Assembly (NCBI GenBank): GCA_951406725.2
Contig: OX597819.1
Span: forward strand, 27,776,001 to 27,840,000
Length of the DNA: 64,000 bases
Reading direction: 5' to 3'
From: Octopus vulgaris
Taxonomy: Eukaryota
The notes under the pieces were generated by a model, which saw only the letters and a list, made by a program, of their open reading frames with translations, was not told the DNA's origin and searched no databases. A program made the translations under genes and the position numbers. Shown piece by piece: positions 26,646 to 39,169 of the stretch. Each line of letters starts with the position of its first letter. Position 1 is the first letter of the stretch.

Positions 26646-27010
26646 ACGTTGGTGTTGCATTGGTGGGCGTTTGCGCTCTCTGAGTGAACTTGTTTTTTGT
26701 ATACTTCTATTTTATTTATATTTGGAAAGTTTTCTCCTACTTTTTTTCAGTTGCAGCGTCTTTGATCAGATCCTCACCATGACACCATGAATACTTCGAA
26801 ATTATATTTCCGATCATATAAACAACTTAGAATATTATTTCAGCAAGTTTGAAGAGATTTCTTTTGTGCCGTAAACCATTTACCATTTCTCTTGTGCCCC
26901 CACCCCACCTCCAATACATACACACACACCTTCACTTGATGCTCAAAGCATGTTCTTAGTTTGCTTAATGGTACCAGCAATAACAGCCTCCGACAAGTAA
27001 TAATTGAAAA

Positions 27011-27523
27011 TCTCTATATATAAAACTGTAGTTGTGTGAGTGTCTGTCCCCTTCGATTTAGATTCCTAACTACTCCCACATTTTGCGGTGCAGTTTAGCC
27101 AAATTCGGGTATCTTATAGTCGTGATTCATATTGAGCCCGTCTGGGTATTAGCGCGCGTCTACGATGAGTCTACGATTTTTAAAATAATTTAACATCATT
27201 TTTTATTCCATTTTAATGCATAATTTTTCGTGTGTCGATGGCGGCGGAGTTGGCGTCCACGCTCACATCTGCACCTGTTTGCTTCTCCCCCTTCATCCCT
27301 CCCTCGTGAAGCTGTGGGGAAGGGAGTGTAAGGAAATCAACGTCGTAAAGCGTTGTCAAGGAGACCAGCGTTCTTTTAGAACAACGACTTCATGGCTTGA
27401 AGACACCAAAACAGAAATGGCTAAGAAAGCCCGAATTGGCATCTATAAGGGAAGTAACTCTCTAAAAATGCTTATATAGTTATTTCCCTTACAAACCCGA
27501 GCAACGCCGGGCGATACTGCTAG
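27011..27523 (+). mobile_element. Non-autonomous Helitron (long variant)
   Basis: A|TC 5' end, 3' hairpin cccgagcaacgccggg then CTAG|T, no TSD; extra internal segment 27225-27445. Confidence 0.92.
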
Positions 27524-28344
27524 TATTGTATAAATAAATGATTTCTCCGAAAACTTCAATTGATTTTAATAATGGGGAAACAGCCCACAGCCTAAGCCAC
27601 CTCTACTAATTATTCAACGCCCATTTAACCAACACTAAAAATGTATGATATAACCTCCGATTATACAAGATGTTGTTGTTGTTGTTTTTAATATCAGCAA
27701 TAAGAATATACGCGTAAATGAACTAGAACACAAAATATTACCCAGTGAAAAACTTAACTTTAACTTACAAGTGCATAACATTTGAAATGCGTCATGTACT
27801 TAGTTTAGCTTGAGTGCCCATTCTTATGTTGTATCAGCTTTTGTAATTTCCACGGACGAACAAGTGTTTTATTGTTGAATTTTTAATGTCTCAATGGTTA
27901 TAGTTTGTGCGACAAACAACATTTTTGTCATTTGTGGTTTGTCATTTGTGGGTTGTCATTTCTCTTTAGCTGGATGACTATGTTGAAAAATAAATTTGAT
28001 CACATTCAAAGAGAGTATCTTCGTCAGCCTATGAACTTCTCAGCCGACCCTCGTTCACCAATAAGAATAAAAATTCGTATTTAAACAAAGATGGTTATAC
28101 AGGATAACATGAAGCCATAAAGAACAACATACCACAAACATATACATTTCATCAACAAAAAAACCTAAAAACCACCAGTTTAAAAGCACTCACATTTTTT
28201 ACCTGTTACTATCCATTATCTGCAATAAACGTTCTTACTTTATAAACACGAACGTATGCTCTTTCTACAACACATTATTCAATTGGTTTTGTAAAACACG
28301 ATAATGCCTATGTATATTCTCAGAAACGTGTTTATTTAAATGAG

Positions 28345-29425
28345 TGGCTAACCAACCACATGGTTCCGGGTTCAGTCCCACTGCGTGGCATCTTGGGCAA
28401 GTGTCTTCTGCTATAGCCTCGGGCCGACCAATGCCTTGTGAGTGGATTTGGTAGACGCCTGTCGTATATATGTATATATATATATATAAGTGTGTGTGTG
28501 TGTGTATGTTTGTGTTTGTGTTTGTCCCTCTAGCATTGCTTGACAACCGATGCTGGTGTGTTTACGTCCACGTCACTTAGCAGTTCGGCAAAAGAGACCG
28601 ATAGAATAAGTACTGGGCTTACAAAGAATAAGTCCCGGGGTCGATTTGCTCGACTAAAGGCGGTGCTCCAGCATGGCCGCAGTCAAATGACTGAAACAAG
28701 TAAAAGAGTAAAGAGTAAATTGATGTTGGAATTTAAGATGCTACATTCTGTGATAAATTCTGTCGTATTTCAAGCTTGTATTCACTAATCACGCATTATG
28801 TAATTATTTTTGCATTAGTCTACCAATTAGATCGGAAGCGGTCTTTTTTCTTTTGGTATGAGGAAATAAATAAAATGTTTATATGTAAGGCGTAAGAGTG
28901 GCTGTGTGGTAAGTAGCTTGCTTACGAACCACATGGTTCCGGGTTCAGTCCCACTGCGTGGCACCTTGGGTAAGTATCTTCTACTATAGCCTCGGGCCGA
29001 CCAAAGCCTTGTGAGTGGATTTGGTAGACGGAAACTGAAAGAAGCCCGTTGTTTATATGTATGTAATATAATTTTTCTGAATCTTCAGATTTTTCTATAT
29101 GCTAGACCACTGGTTTTAAATTGATATTAATCGAATTAATATTTAATTTTTCATCATTATTATTTTAAATTTATATATATATGCGTGTGTGTGTGTGTGT
29201 GTATTTGTGTGTCGGTGTTTGTCCCCTCAACATCGCTTGACAACCGATGCTGATGTGTTTACGTCCCCGTAACTTAGTGGTTCGGCAAAAGAGACCCAAA
29301 GAATAAGTACTAGGCTTACAAAGAATAAGTCCTGGGGTCGATTTGTTCGACTACTAAAGGCAGTGCTCCAGCATGGCCACAGTCAAATGACTGAAACAAG
29401 TAAAAGGGTAAAAGTGTGAAAGAGT
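28345..29425 (+). mobile_element. Two SINE A copies (28345-28717, 28889-29425)
   Basis: Homology to full copies; the second has an expanded central AT-rich region. Confidence 0.88.
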
Positions 29426-29676
29426 AATGCCAATTCCTTCAATTTTCATTCCACAAACATTTGCTTAATTTCCTGCAGATACGTAAAATAAACTATTATA
29501 TAACATCGTTACCTCAACTGCTATATGCTGTTGTCCTTCTGTATAATACGCTACCCGATTAATATTTTGGCTTCAAATCAACTTGCGCGTACACGCTATG
29601 CTCTTATCCTTTTGGTGAAGTAGTACAAAGTATTTCTAAAGCACCTTGTACTATTCCCCCAAAATAATTATATTTT

Positions 29677-29707
<31 letters not shown>

Positions 29708-29714
<7 letters not shown>

Positions 29715-29825
29715 ATCACGTGACCGACCAGACCATCAGATGTTGTTACACATCGCTGGTCACAATGCGTTCGCATTGTTTTAGCCTTCGAATGATGCCA
29801 CCCCGCTGGCTAAGCGAGCAGGCCA
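29708..29825 (-). mobile_element. SINE tail Y fragment
   Basis: Reverse complement of the 3' part of the chimeric SINE at 41767-42065. Confidence 0.8.
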
Positions 29826-29869
29826 ATATATCCTCCACAGCCCATCTGGGTAGATTTTCACTTACAGCA

Positions 29870-29929
<60 letters not shown>

Positions 29930-29933
<4 letters not shown>

Positions 29934-30240
29934 CTGAGCATGTCTGACTGTCTGTCTGTTTGTATGTATACGTCACTATAACTAGAGAACTACCCAACCG
30001 CTTTCATTCAAATTTTACACATGCCTTACTGGGGGTCCATGCAGTGTCATGCGGCAAAAAAAAATTGCAACTTCTTGCCTAATGCGAGCCCGGACAAATC
30101 TCTTGTCTGTTACACTATTTCAGTATTACGTGTCAAAAATTGAAGCAATAGCATCTCTATTGCAATGAGAGATAATACTTTCAGTTTTAATAGTTTCACT
30201 ATTAATACTGAAACTATTGAAAGTGAAACTATTATCTTTC
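29930..30240 (+). mobile_element. Probable 5' part of another non-autonomous Helitron family
   Basis: (TA)n then aactgagcatgtctgactgtctgtctg...ttcaaattttacaca, a typical non-autonomous Helitron 5' layout; no 3' CTAG end found. Confidence 0.4.
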
Positions 30241-30289
<49 letters not shown>

Positions 30290-30435
30290 GTATGTATATA
30301 TATTATGTATGTACGTATATTATGTGTATATATATTATATATGTATATATATTATATATGTATGTATATTATATATGTATATATATCATATATGTATATA
30401 TGTATATATATATATATATTATATATGTATATATG

Positions 30436-30480
<45 letters not shown>

Positions 30481-30513
30481 TATATATTATATATATCTAT
30501 TATATATATATAT

Positions 30514-30556
<43 letters not shown>

Positions 30557-30597
30557 TATGAACATATATATATATATCATGTATATATATATATTAT
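30240..30597. repeat. ~360-bp degenerate (TA)n/(TG)n microsatellite
   Basis: Directly visible. Other long (TA)n/(CA)n tracts at 19035, 20405, 23230, 29875, 39070, 41300, 43180, 60250. Confidence 0.97.
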
Positions 30598-31589
30598 TTT
30601 CTGAGATTGCTCCAATCTGGCTAACCCCAAGGAAAAACTAAGCTAAGAGCATTAGATTCCTTGGAAGAAAGCAGCGAATGTATACACAAACAAGGACAGA
30701 AAAAAAACGGACAATGTTACACTAATATAGATACAATAAAAATAATAACAGGCCATAACAAGTGTCTTTCGACTAAGGACGAATTGAATTAAGCTGGCGC
30801 GTGTGGAAATGAAGCCTCATATATGTATATATATATACATATATATATATATACATATAGAGTAAAGCTACTTACCCACACCTATTGTATTTGTATTTAC
30901 CCATACTTATTTGCAAATGTGACTGTAAAATGGAAAAAGCGAATAGAAGAGAATTAACATTTCGATTTTGCTTCAGAAGAAGAAGAATTAATAATTGGAG
31001 ACAAAAAAAAAATGCGCGCACGCATGTGTATGTGATTCTCGCAACGACAGTATGTAGATGAATCTTAGCGAGTATTTAAAAAGCATAACGAAGCAGGTGA
31101 ATAATATGAATTATCTACTTCACACAGCTACCGACACACCCAAAATAAGGAGCGTAAAGTTCGCGAGAATAACTCAGAAACAGGAAAATGTTTGCTTCAA
31201 AACAGATTGAACAACCAACAAAGGTCATCGCTCTGTAAAGCTTTCATGTATGGTTGTCAAGACGAAGGCACTATACGCTGATGTGGAACTGCACGGAAGA
31301 AAAACTCTGAACAAACTTAAAGCATTTTCTTTCGCCGTTGACATTATATCTGATCGCCTAACATATTCAGACATATTCAAACATATATATGGTACTTTTC
31401 ACAAATGAAAATATATCAAAATTAATTGAGCGTAATACGTTTTTGCGTAGAGATGTTATATAGCCTCACATAAAGATTTCGAAATGGCGTCCAATTTGTC
31501 CTACAACTCTGCTATCGCTCCGGCAATGTTCAGAATATCTATTTACATTTAGAAACGTTTATATTAGTGAGTTTCTTTTGAAATGATGA

Positions 31590-34330
31590 GGGATTGCCAA
31601 CAATATAAAGATCACTATCTTTGTTTCCGTTTAGATTTGCTGCTGAGTCTAGTCTGTCAATATTATTTTTATTTCTTCTTTTATCATCATCTAAAAGAAT
31701 AATTAGAATATAGCCATAAGGAAATTCTATTACGTGTACTTGCGCAACTGGAACTTCAGTGACATCAGTAACTTAGTAAGTTGAGCTTTGTACACTCATA
31801 AAAAGTCTGGACGATCTGTTTTATTTTTTTAAAGCTTTATTTCTTTTGGTCTTTTGCTGGTCATTCTGGATTTTAAATTAGGTTTACATTACAAAAAAGT
31901 CATGTTTGCCGTGGATTATATAATATAAACTCCCAGTGATTGAAGACATAAGTATAACTGGTTCAGTTAGTTTTAAGATCTGCTTGTAACGACAGAGATT
32001 GATTAGGTACACATTATTATGATGAAATCTTGGAGTCAGTAGTTGCGACGCTAATAATTTGTTATTATGGTTGCATATTGTAGGATGTGAAAGATAGACA
32101 ATACATGAAGTCTTAAGAAAGTATTTATTTACCGTTACGTTACAAATACCTTGCCTCGACGTGCAGGTTTTGATACATCCAAAAGCAAGCGAAGTAAAGT
32201 TTGAGTTTGGGATCTCTCCATTGTTTAGTAGTAATTGAGAAGACAGAATGATGTTGTAAGAGAACAGAATTAGAGCTAGAGAGAATTGTAGGGTCTTGTC
32301 TCACAGTTGCTTTCTCCCTCCGACTAAGGTTCTAGTTGGTCAGGCAGATTTCGTTGAGTCGTCACTGACTGTGACTAACTCAGTTGAGTCGTCACGACTG
32401 TGACGAACTGATTTTTGCTTGAGGTATGCTATATGTATCTATCCAGAAAGATAGACATATCATTGAGAACAATAGATTTAGTTGGTGGTCTTGTTATCTC
32501 TATTCTTGCTTTTGGTGAAATAGAAGAAGTTAGAAAGTGGTGAAGACATTATTTCGGCCTAGCTAAAGGCATCTGGAAAATGTAAAACTGCCGTCAGAGA
32601 AAAACCATTGTTCCATTATGGGAAAAGTTCTATTGCAGTGTTAATTTAAATTTGGCTATAGTGGATCGAATCCACTTCATGCATGCAAGATTCACTACAT
32701 GCTCTTTCCTAGCAACAAAACTATCCATTTGTTCAATTAGCAGCTGAGATTGGTTGTTTCTAACAAATGGTAAACTGTATGCTCCAAACTATGAATCAAC
32801 TAAATATTTTTGAGAAAGCATTTTTTTTTTTTTGTCGATGAGTGACATTGAAGTCAACTTTGCCTGCAAGACGATAGCAGTTGAATTTTTGCATAGTCAC
32901 CTTATTTCGTAAAAGGATTTGTCGTTCTTCAACATGCTTCAAATCCTCCACCAAAGTTTACCCCTTGGGAAACAAAAGAAAATATTAACATTGGGTGAAT
33001 ATGCGATCCTTGTTAATAGCACGTTTGTTGGATGCATTATGGTGTCTCTATTTTCTGGAGGGTTAAAGTTAGAGCTTTAACCGGCAAACACAGCAGCGAT
33101 TCCACTGTTTGTAGGGAAAATTGCCGACGACCCGACTATGGAACCATCTTCTGGCGGCCTTTGGTGTGGAGAGAAAACTTCCATCCACTAGGTCCCCAGG
33201 GAAAGGCCTTCAGATATGAATGTTAGTTGTGAATATAAAAGTAAACAATCCTGGATCAAACATACCTAGAGGAGTAAACTTCAATGATAAAAAAATCCCA
33301 GCCTTAAATTACAGGTTGGTATGCGATGGATGCAAGCTTCAACAAAATGATTCAATGAATCTATGCAATTTCTGTTTCTATTAATGAGGAAATGCTGACT
33401 CCGGTCAGTATTAAGCTTTTAAAAGTCTAAAATAACAAGATTTACCTTGGTCCGGTCAAAATAATAGTAATAATTGGAAAATTGTACTGCTTGATGTCAC
33501 GGTCTCGTTTGAAGTGCTGTTCATATTCACTGTGAACTATAGTTTATCACAATATACGGGCCTGTTCCTGCAACTCAACTAAATGCGTCTTTTTATAGAA
33601 TTCAACGTATAAGTCGTGAATAGCCATAATTTATTGCATTGTGTTGTTCACATTAGGTAAACAATACTATTTCTTGAGGTACTTCAATTTGGTATAGCAA
33701 AGCTTCATTTAGCATCAATAAAACGTAATTGACCATAGGATGGGGGGTCATTTTCCGGTACAGAGTGAAAGTAGGGTGCTATGTCTGTTCTTGTAATAAT
33801 AAGGAATGACAGATATGAACAATTATTTAAAGATATTATACCCGTTTATCTTTTGGCTTAAAAGAACTGTAGCAGATGGCCTTCCTCAAAATTCGAATCC
33901 GAATGTCTTAGGTTCTGCAGCCAAAACTGCTGACGAACAACATTACTATATTTGGTAATACTGACTAAAGGTAATTGCAGCATTTAAATGATAATACTAT
34001 ATATGGCAATATCTAGTCAAGCATCTGTGATGTCATTTTGAGGTAGGTGGTCCTAGTCTTCAGGAAATGCTTAATTTTTGCACCTAAAGACTTTTAGGTA
34101 CATTCTAGAGTTTCTTGGGGCGGGTTAATAAAATCCCTAAGATTCAACTCTGTATGAATACTTCTTACTGCAGCTAGAGGCTTTGTGTCACTCGACTCAC
34201 GTTTGATAAAATAATTTCATCCTTCAACTGTTCTCACAAAGAGATTATTCCTGTTGTAACTGCCAATTATGTTATAATATACAAGAAACTATACAGCTCT
34301 TATCTCTTGACAAGATATTTCTTGATTCTT
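31590..34330 (-). mobile_element. Highly decayed autonomous Helitron, Rep/N-terminal half
   Basis: Collinear minus-strand remnants: PENDPPSYGQLRFIDA; PTNSGIAAVFAG...PPENRD; LKHVEERQILLRNKVTMQKFNCYRLA; QKYLVDS...FVRNNQSQL; VILMSSITGS; DRPD; VAQVHVIEF...YILIIL...NIDRL. Order matches Helitron Rep. Confidence 0.75.
32079..32699 (-). mobile_element. Probable solo LTR inserted in the Helitron Rep remnant
   Basis: TGTAG...CTACA termini, AATAAA on the minus strand, internal short duplication; interrupts Helitron collinearity; no clean TSD. Confidence 0.5.
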
Positions 34331-34397
34331 GTGTAACATGTGTTTAACAATAGTGCATATTGTATGGTAGAAATGTTTAGTGATATAAATAAACATT

Positions 34398-34808
34398 GGC
34401 GCAGGAGTGGCTGTGTGGTAAGTAGCTTGCTAACCAATCACATGGTTCCGGGTTCAGTCCCACTGCGTGGCATCTTGGGCAAGTGTCTTCTGCTATAGCC
34501 CCGGGCCGACCAATGCCTTGTGAGTGGATTTGGTAGACGGAAACTGAAAGAAGCCTGTCGTATATATGTATATATATATATGTGTGTGTGTGTGTGTTTG
34601 TGTGTCTGTGTTTGTCCCCCTAGCATTGCTTGACAACCGATGCTGGTGTGTTTACGTCCCCGTCAACTAGCGGTTCGGCAAAAGAGACCGATAGAATAAG
34701 TACTGGGCTTACAAAGAATAAGTCCTGGGGTCGATTTGCTCGACTAAAGGCGGTGCTCCAGCATGGCCGCAGTCAAATGACTGAAACAAGTAAAAGAGAA
34801 AAGAGAGT
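34398..34808 (+). mobile_element. SINE family A, full length
   Basis: ggcgcaggagtggctgtgtggtaag...ggttcagtccc tRNA-like head, central (TA)/(TG)n, aagagt tail. Confidence 0.95.
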
Positions 34809-35756
34809 ATTGTTGGAGATAATTTTGTTCTTGCTCGTATTTCAATGTTATAGTCTTGTTAAGCTACACACAAAAATAACCAGGAACAAGGGTGTGACAA
34901 TGTATTATTTATTTTGCTTCATTCAGTTACACACTGTGAGGATGAATACCATCGGTCGCCTAAAGTCTGTCTCGGCTCTCACCTAACCGGAAGTCCCCTT
35001 TTCTGCAGAACCAGCTCACTAGCTAACCCGCAGTGAAGTTCCTGTCTACAGTTCGTCTGTCATCAGTCATTGGGCAGTGCCTTACAATGTTAATACAACA
35101 CATTGCAACAGAATAAACAAAGCTTCCGCTTTTCACTCAGGGAAACATGAAGGAAAATGTCATCACGTTCTGTCTTGGAGCGAATAAAATTTGTAGTCCT
35201 AAATATGTTCAAATGTGTAAAAGGATAATTCTTTCTACTTTAGGCACAAAGCTGAAATTGTAAGCGAAGGGGCTAGTCGATTACATCGACTCCAGTGCAA
35301 GAGTGGTTCTTATTTTGTCGACCCCGAAAGGCAAAACCGACAACGGCGGAATTTGAACTAAAAACGTAAAGCGGGTAAAAAATGCCCCTCTGAATTTTGC
35401 CCGGCGGGCTAACGATACAGTCAGCTCGCAAATGATTAAAAAAAAAAAAAGACGAGTAACAAGTAAGAGAAATACCTTTACTGTAGTCTAAATGTCTGTC
35501 ACTTTGTTTCCAGAGTCGCATGAAAGTAAAAGTATTTTCTTATTCAAACGAAGTAAATCTGTTTTCTTTAGAAATGTATTTATTTAGGGACGAATATTTT
35601 TCTAGGAAATGAAGTTGCTAAGAAACGAAGGTATTTAGTAACGATAGTAAAGTACTGTATTGATTGCATATAAGACGCACATTCCTTCCCTCAACATCCC
35701 ACTAAAAAACTAAAAAAAAAAAAATCACCTCGAGTCCAATATTAAATGCCTTAGTG

Positions 35757-36420
35757 TAGTGGTCCCCAACCATTTTTGCACCACAGACCACTTTCATGCA
35801 AGACAATTTTTCCAGGGACTGGTGGGAAAAGCCACGCGCAAAACAAAACACAAGAAAGTGCATAAAGTCAAATTTAATTATCACGTACTAGCAGTATCGC
35901 CCGGCGTTGCTCGGGTTTGTAAGGGAAATAACTATATAAGCATGTTTAGAGAGTTACTTCCCTTATATAATAGCAAAAAATGCAAAAAATGATTGTAAAT
36001 TTTTTTTTAAATCGTAGACTCATCGTAGACATTTTAGAGAGTTACTTCCCTTATATAATAGCAAACAAAATGCATTAAAAATGGGAAAAAATGATGGTAA
36101 ATTTTTTTTAAATCGTAGACTCATCGTAGACGCGCGCTAATACCCAGAAGGGCTCGATATGAATCACGACTATAAGATACCCACTTTTGGCTAAACTGCA
36201 CCGCAAAATGTGGGAGTAGTTAAGAATCTAAATCGTAGGAGACAGACACCACACAACTTCAGTTTTATATATATAGATATAATACATATATTATGCAAAA
36301 AAAAAAAAAAGACCCTGCAGATTACGATAGTTAAAAAAATTAAGATAGAATTAAAATTTTTTTTCTTTCTGTGCGGTCCGGTACCAATTCTTTCCGTGGC
36401 CCGGTGATTAGGGATCCATG
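35757..36420. mobile_element. hAT-type MITE hosting a Helitron
   Basis: Ends tagtggtccccaacc / gattagggatccatg resemble CAGTGGTCCCCAACC-type TIRs. Confidence 0.55.
35888..36277 (-). mobile_element. Non-autonomous Helitron
   Basis: Same family as 27011; TC...CTAG ends, internal tandem duplication. Confidence 0.92.
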
Positions 36421-36767
36421 CTTTATTGCATATTGCATATGCGCTGCTGAAACTGAAGTATGTGTTACATGCCCTTGAATATTTTATGCAATCAGAATGC
36501 GGTAAATAGTAGATAGTAGCGTACTGGCTAGACACTGTAACGCAGTCACAGGCAAAGTGCATCTCACGGGACTTTTTGAATGGCACGCCAAACGAAAAAC
36601 TACCGAGAATGTATGTAGTAATGCTGCTTGTCTGATTATGAGTCATATCGATGAGTGATGTCAATGAGTCATATCTTATGCAACCCGCTCCTCAAGCCCA
36701 TACCTGCTATAACGCATTCAGTGCGACTTAAGCAACGTGAATCGCCGTGGCGTTGGGCTAAATAAAC

Positions 36768-37439
36768 CAGTAGTTCTCAAATGGAGTCCATATGGCCCGT
36801 GAGGGTCCTTTTAAGATTGAGTGGGGGAGCATCCACGCAACAGAATAGTTAAATGGGGATCCACAATAGTTGTTTATGGATTCCTGAAAAAAAATTTGAT
36901 TTAGATGTTTGTATTGATATGTATTGCAAGTGGAGGCGCAGTGGCCCAGTGGTTAGGGCAGCGGACTCGCGGTCATAGGATCGCGGTTTCGATTCCCAGA
37001 CCGGGCGTTGTGAGTGTTTATTGAGCGAAAGTGTTTATTGACTCTTACTTCCTGTTTCTGTCGTACCAAAAAAGGGCCGGCCTTGTCACTCTCTGTGTCA
37101 CGCTGAATATCCCCGAGAACTGCGTTAAGGGTACACGTGTCTGTGGAGTGCTCAGCCACTTACACGTTAATTTCACGAGCAGGCTGTTCCGTTGATTCGG
37201 ATCAACCGGAACCCTCATCGTCGTAACCGACGGAGTGCTTCCAAGATGTATTGCAAGAAACAGCTAGATTTCTTTCTCCAACGTTTTGCATAGTTCAACC
37301 TACACCAGTTAATGTGTGAGAAGCAAAATAAGAATTTTGAAAGAAGTTTTATAGAACTAGTTTTTAAACATCAAATGACTAATAAGATAGTAATCAAAGG
37401 GGTCCATTGATAAAAAAAAAAAATGGTTGAGAACCGCTG
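36768..37439. mobile_element. hAT MITE (related to 2264-2528) containing a SINE C
   Basis: TIRs cagtagttctcaa / ttgagaaccgctg; TSD aaataaac/aaatagac. Confidence 0.8.
36931..37245 (+). mobile_element. SINE family C with internal deletion
   Basis: 12-bp TSD atgtattgcaag. Confidence 0.92.
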
Positions 37440-38169
37440 AAATAGACGGAATGTTGGTATTTATGGCGCAATTATATTCAGAGTATTTAATTGAGTTAAT
37501 TTGCTTTATGCATTTCCTAATGATGGGTTTTAATAACCAGTGAACTATATTTTGACGTGTTTATCGTTTGTAAAAAATTGATTTCAAATTTTAGAACAAG
37601 GTTAGCAATTTCGGGGAGAGGCTAAGTCGATTACATTGACCTCGGTGTTCTACTGGTGCTTATTTATTTTATCTACTCCGAAAGGATGAAAGGCGAAGTC
37701 GACCTCAGAGGAATTTGAACTAAAAATGTAAGCATTTTGTCCGGTGTGCTAACAATTTTGCCAGCTCGCCAGGATTTTAACAATTGTTAATTATTTTTAC
37801 ATTCACTTACTCTTCGATTTAAGTAGATAAATAATTTTTTTTAAATTTCCCAGGGAGAATACTTTCATTTTTTTTGTCCTAGCGTAACATATCGTGACAA
37901 GATAAATGATATTAAAGATCATTGATGGCAAATTTTGACACGCAGGGTTAAAAATGCTCGCCCTCACTATTATAATTTACTGATTTAATAAACTAAAAGG
38001 AAACCTGAACTTTGTGAATAAGAAAGAGAAAAGTGATACTAAAAGTAGAGTTATTTAGTATATTCATTTGATGGTGAAAACTTCCCAAACCGTTATTCCC
38101 AGTACCTAGTTTCCTATCTTCGGAAATTGAGTCCAATACAACAAGAGAAACGGTATAAAATAGAGTTTG

Positions 38170-38597
38170 GGCAATCTTTCGTCTCTAGTAGACCTTTCCG
38201 TCGATTTCCGTAAAAAAATTTTTTTTTTTTTTACATATGGGCTTGCGGGAACTTTTGAAGTAATGAGAGCGAAAGAGACTAAGAGAAAGCGATTGTATGA
38301 CGAGGGAAGTTCTTTTGAAGTTACCGTGCATGGGAGCATTGATGGACATGTGTGTGTGTGTGTGTGTTTGATGGGGTGTGGGAGACAGACAGTATGTTGT
38401 GTAAGTGAAGTGCTTCTGTTAGTGTGTGTGAAGAGACAGAGTAATGTGTGAAAGAAAGAGATAACTGAAATTTTTTACTCGGTGTATGTGTATATGTATG
38501 TATATTACTTCAAAAGTTCCCGCAAGCCCATATGTAAAAAAAAAAAAAAAATTTTACGGAAATCGACGGAAAGGTCTACTAGAGACGAAAGATCGCC
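38170..38597. mobile_element. Merlin-like MITE with ~95-bp near-perfect TIRs
   Basis: ggcaatctttcgtctctagtagacc...ttttgaagtaat and its reverse complement; 8-bp TSD agagtttg; GGNRM termini as described for Merlin. Confidence 0.88.
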
Positions 38598-39072
38598 AGA
38601 GTTTGTAATAAAAAGTATTTCAGTAACTTAACAAAGTTCGATTTGATAGGGAAAAGGCTCATTCGGATTATTTTGAGAATATAAAGCAACCGCAATTCGA
38701 AATTCATTGAAAAAAAAGAAACTGAGGTAAATGTGGAATGGGTGAAAGATGAATGGATATAGAAATGCATGTATATGAATAAAAATGTGTGATGAAATTG
38801 TTTAACTTAAATTATTTGCGGACGCAAATAGGAAATTATATTTAAAATATTCTAAGTTACGAGGCGAACGGAAAGAAAGAACATTTATTGAAGGAAGTTT
38901 TCTAGAAAGAGAGTAAAGACATATAATAAAGATGGTGGCGAGATCCAATGATCTGCCATAATTTCTCAGCGTTCATAAGCATTAATCCATTTGGAGGCTT
39001 ATAATAATTGGATAATGGGTACTTGAGAGCATGTTTAGCAGTTGACAAAAGCCAATTCGCCGCCATTACATA

Positions 39073-39169
<97 letters not shown>

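Larger units (their letters stand above)
24302..26693 (+). mobile_element. Helentron-associated (HINE/DINE-1-like) element, split into 24302-24644 and 26646-26693
   Basis: 5' hairpin ttaccctcgcc...gacgggggtaa, gtccgtttgtttgtcc microsatellite, gaaactttcaggg body, 3' ggtgggcgtttgcgctctctgagtg before a T-run. Matches known HINE architecture. Confidence 0.65.

Noticed and set aside
30165-30641. Long YI/IY-, HT- and CV-rich ORFs here and elsewhere
   Set aside because: Translations of (TA)n/(CA)n microsatellites.
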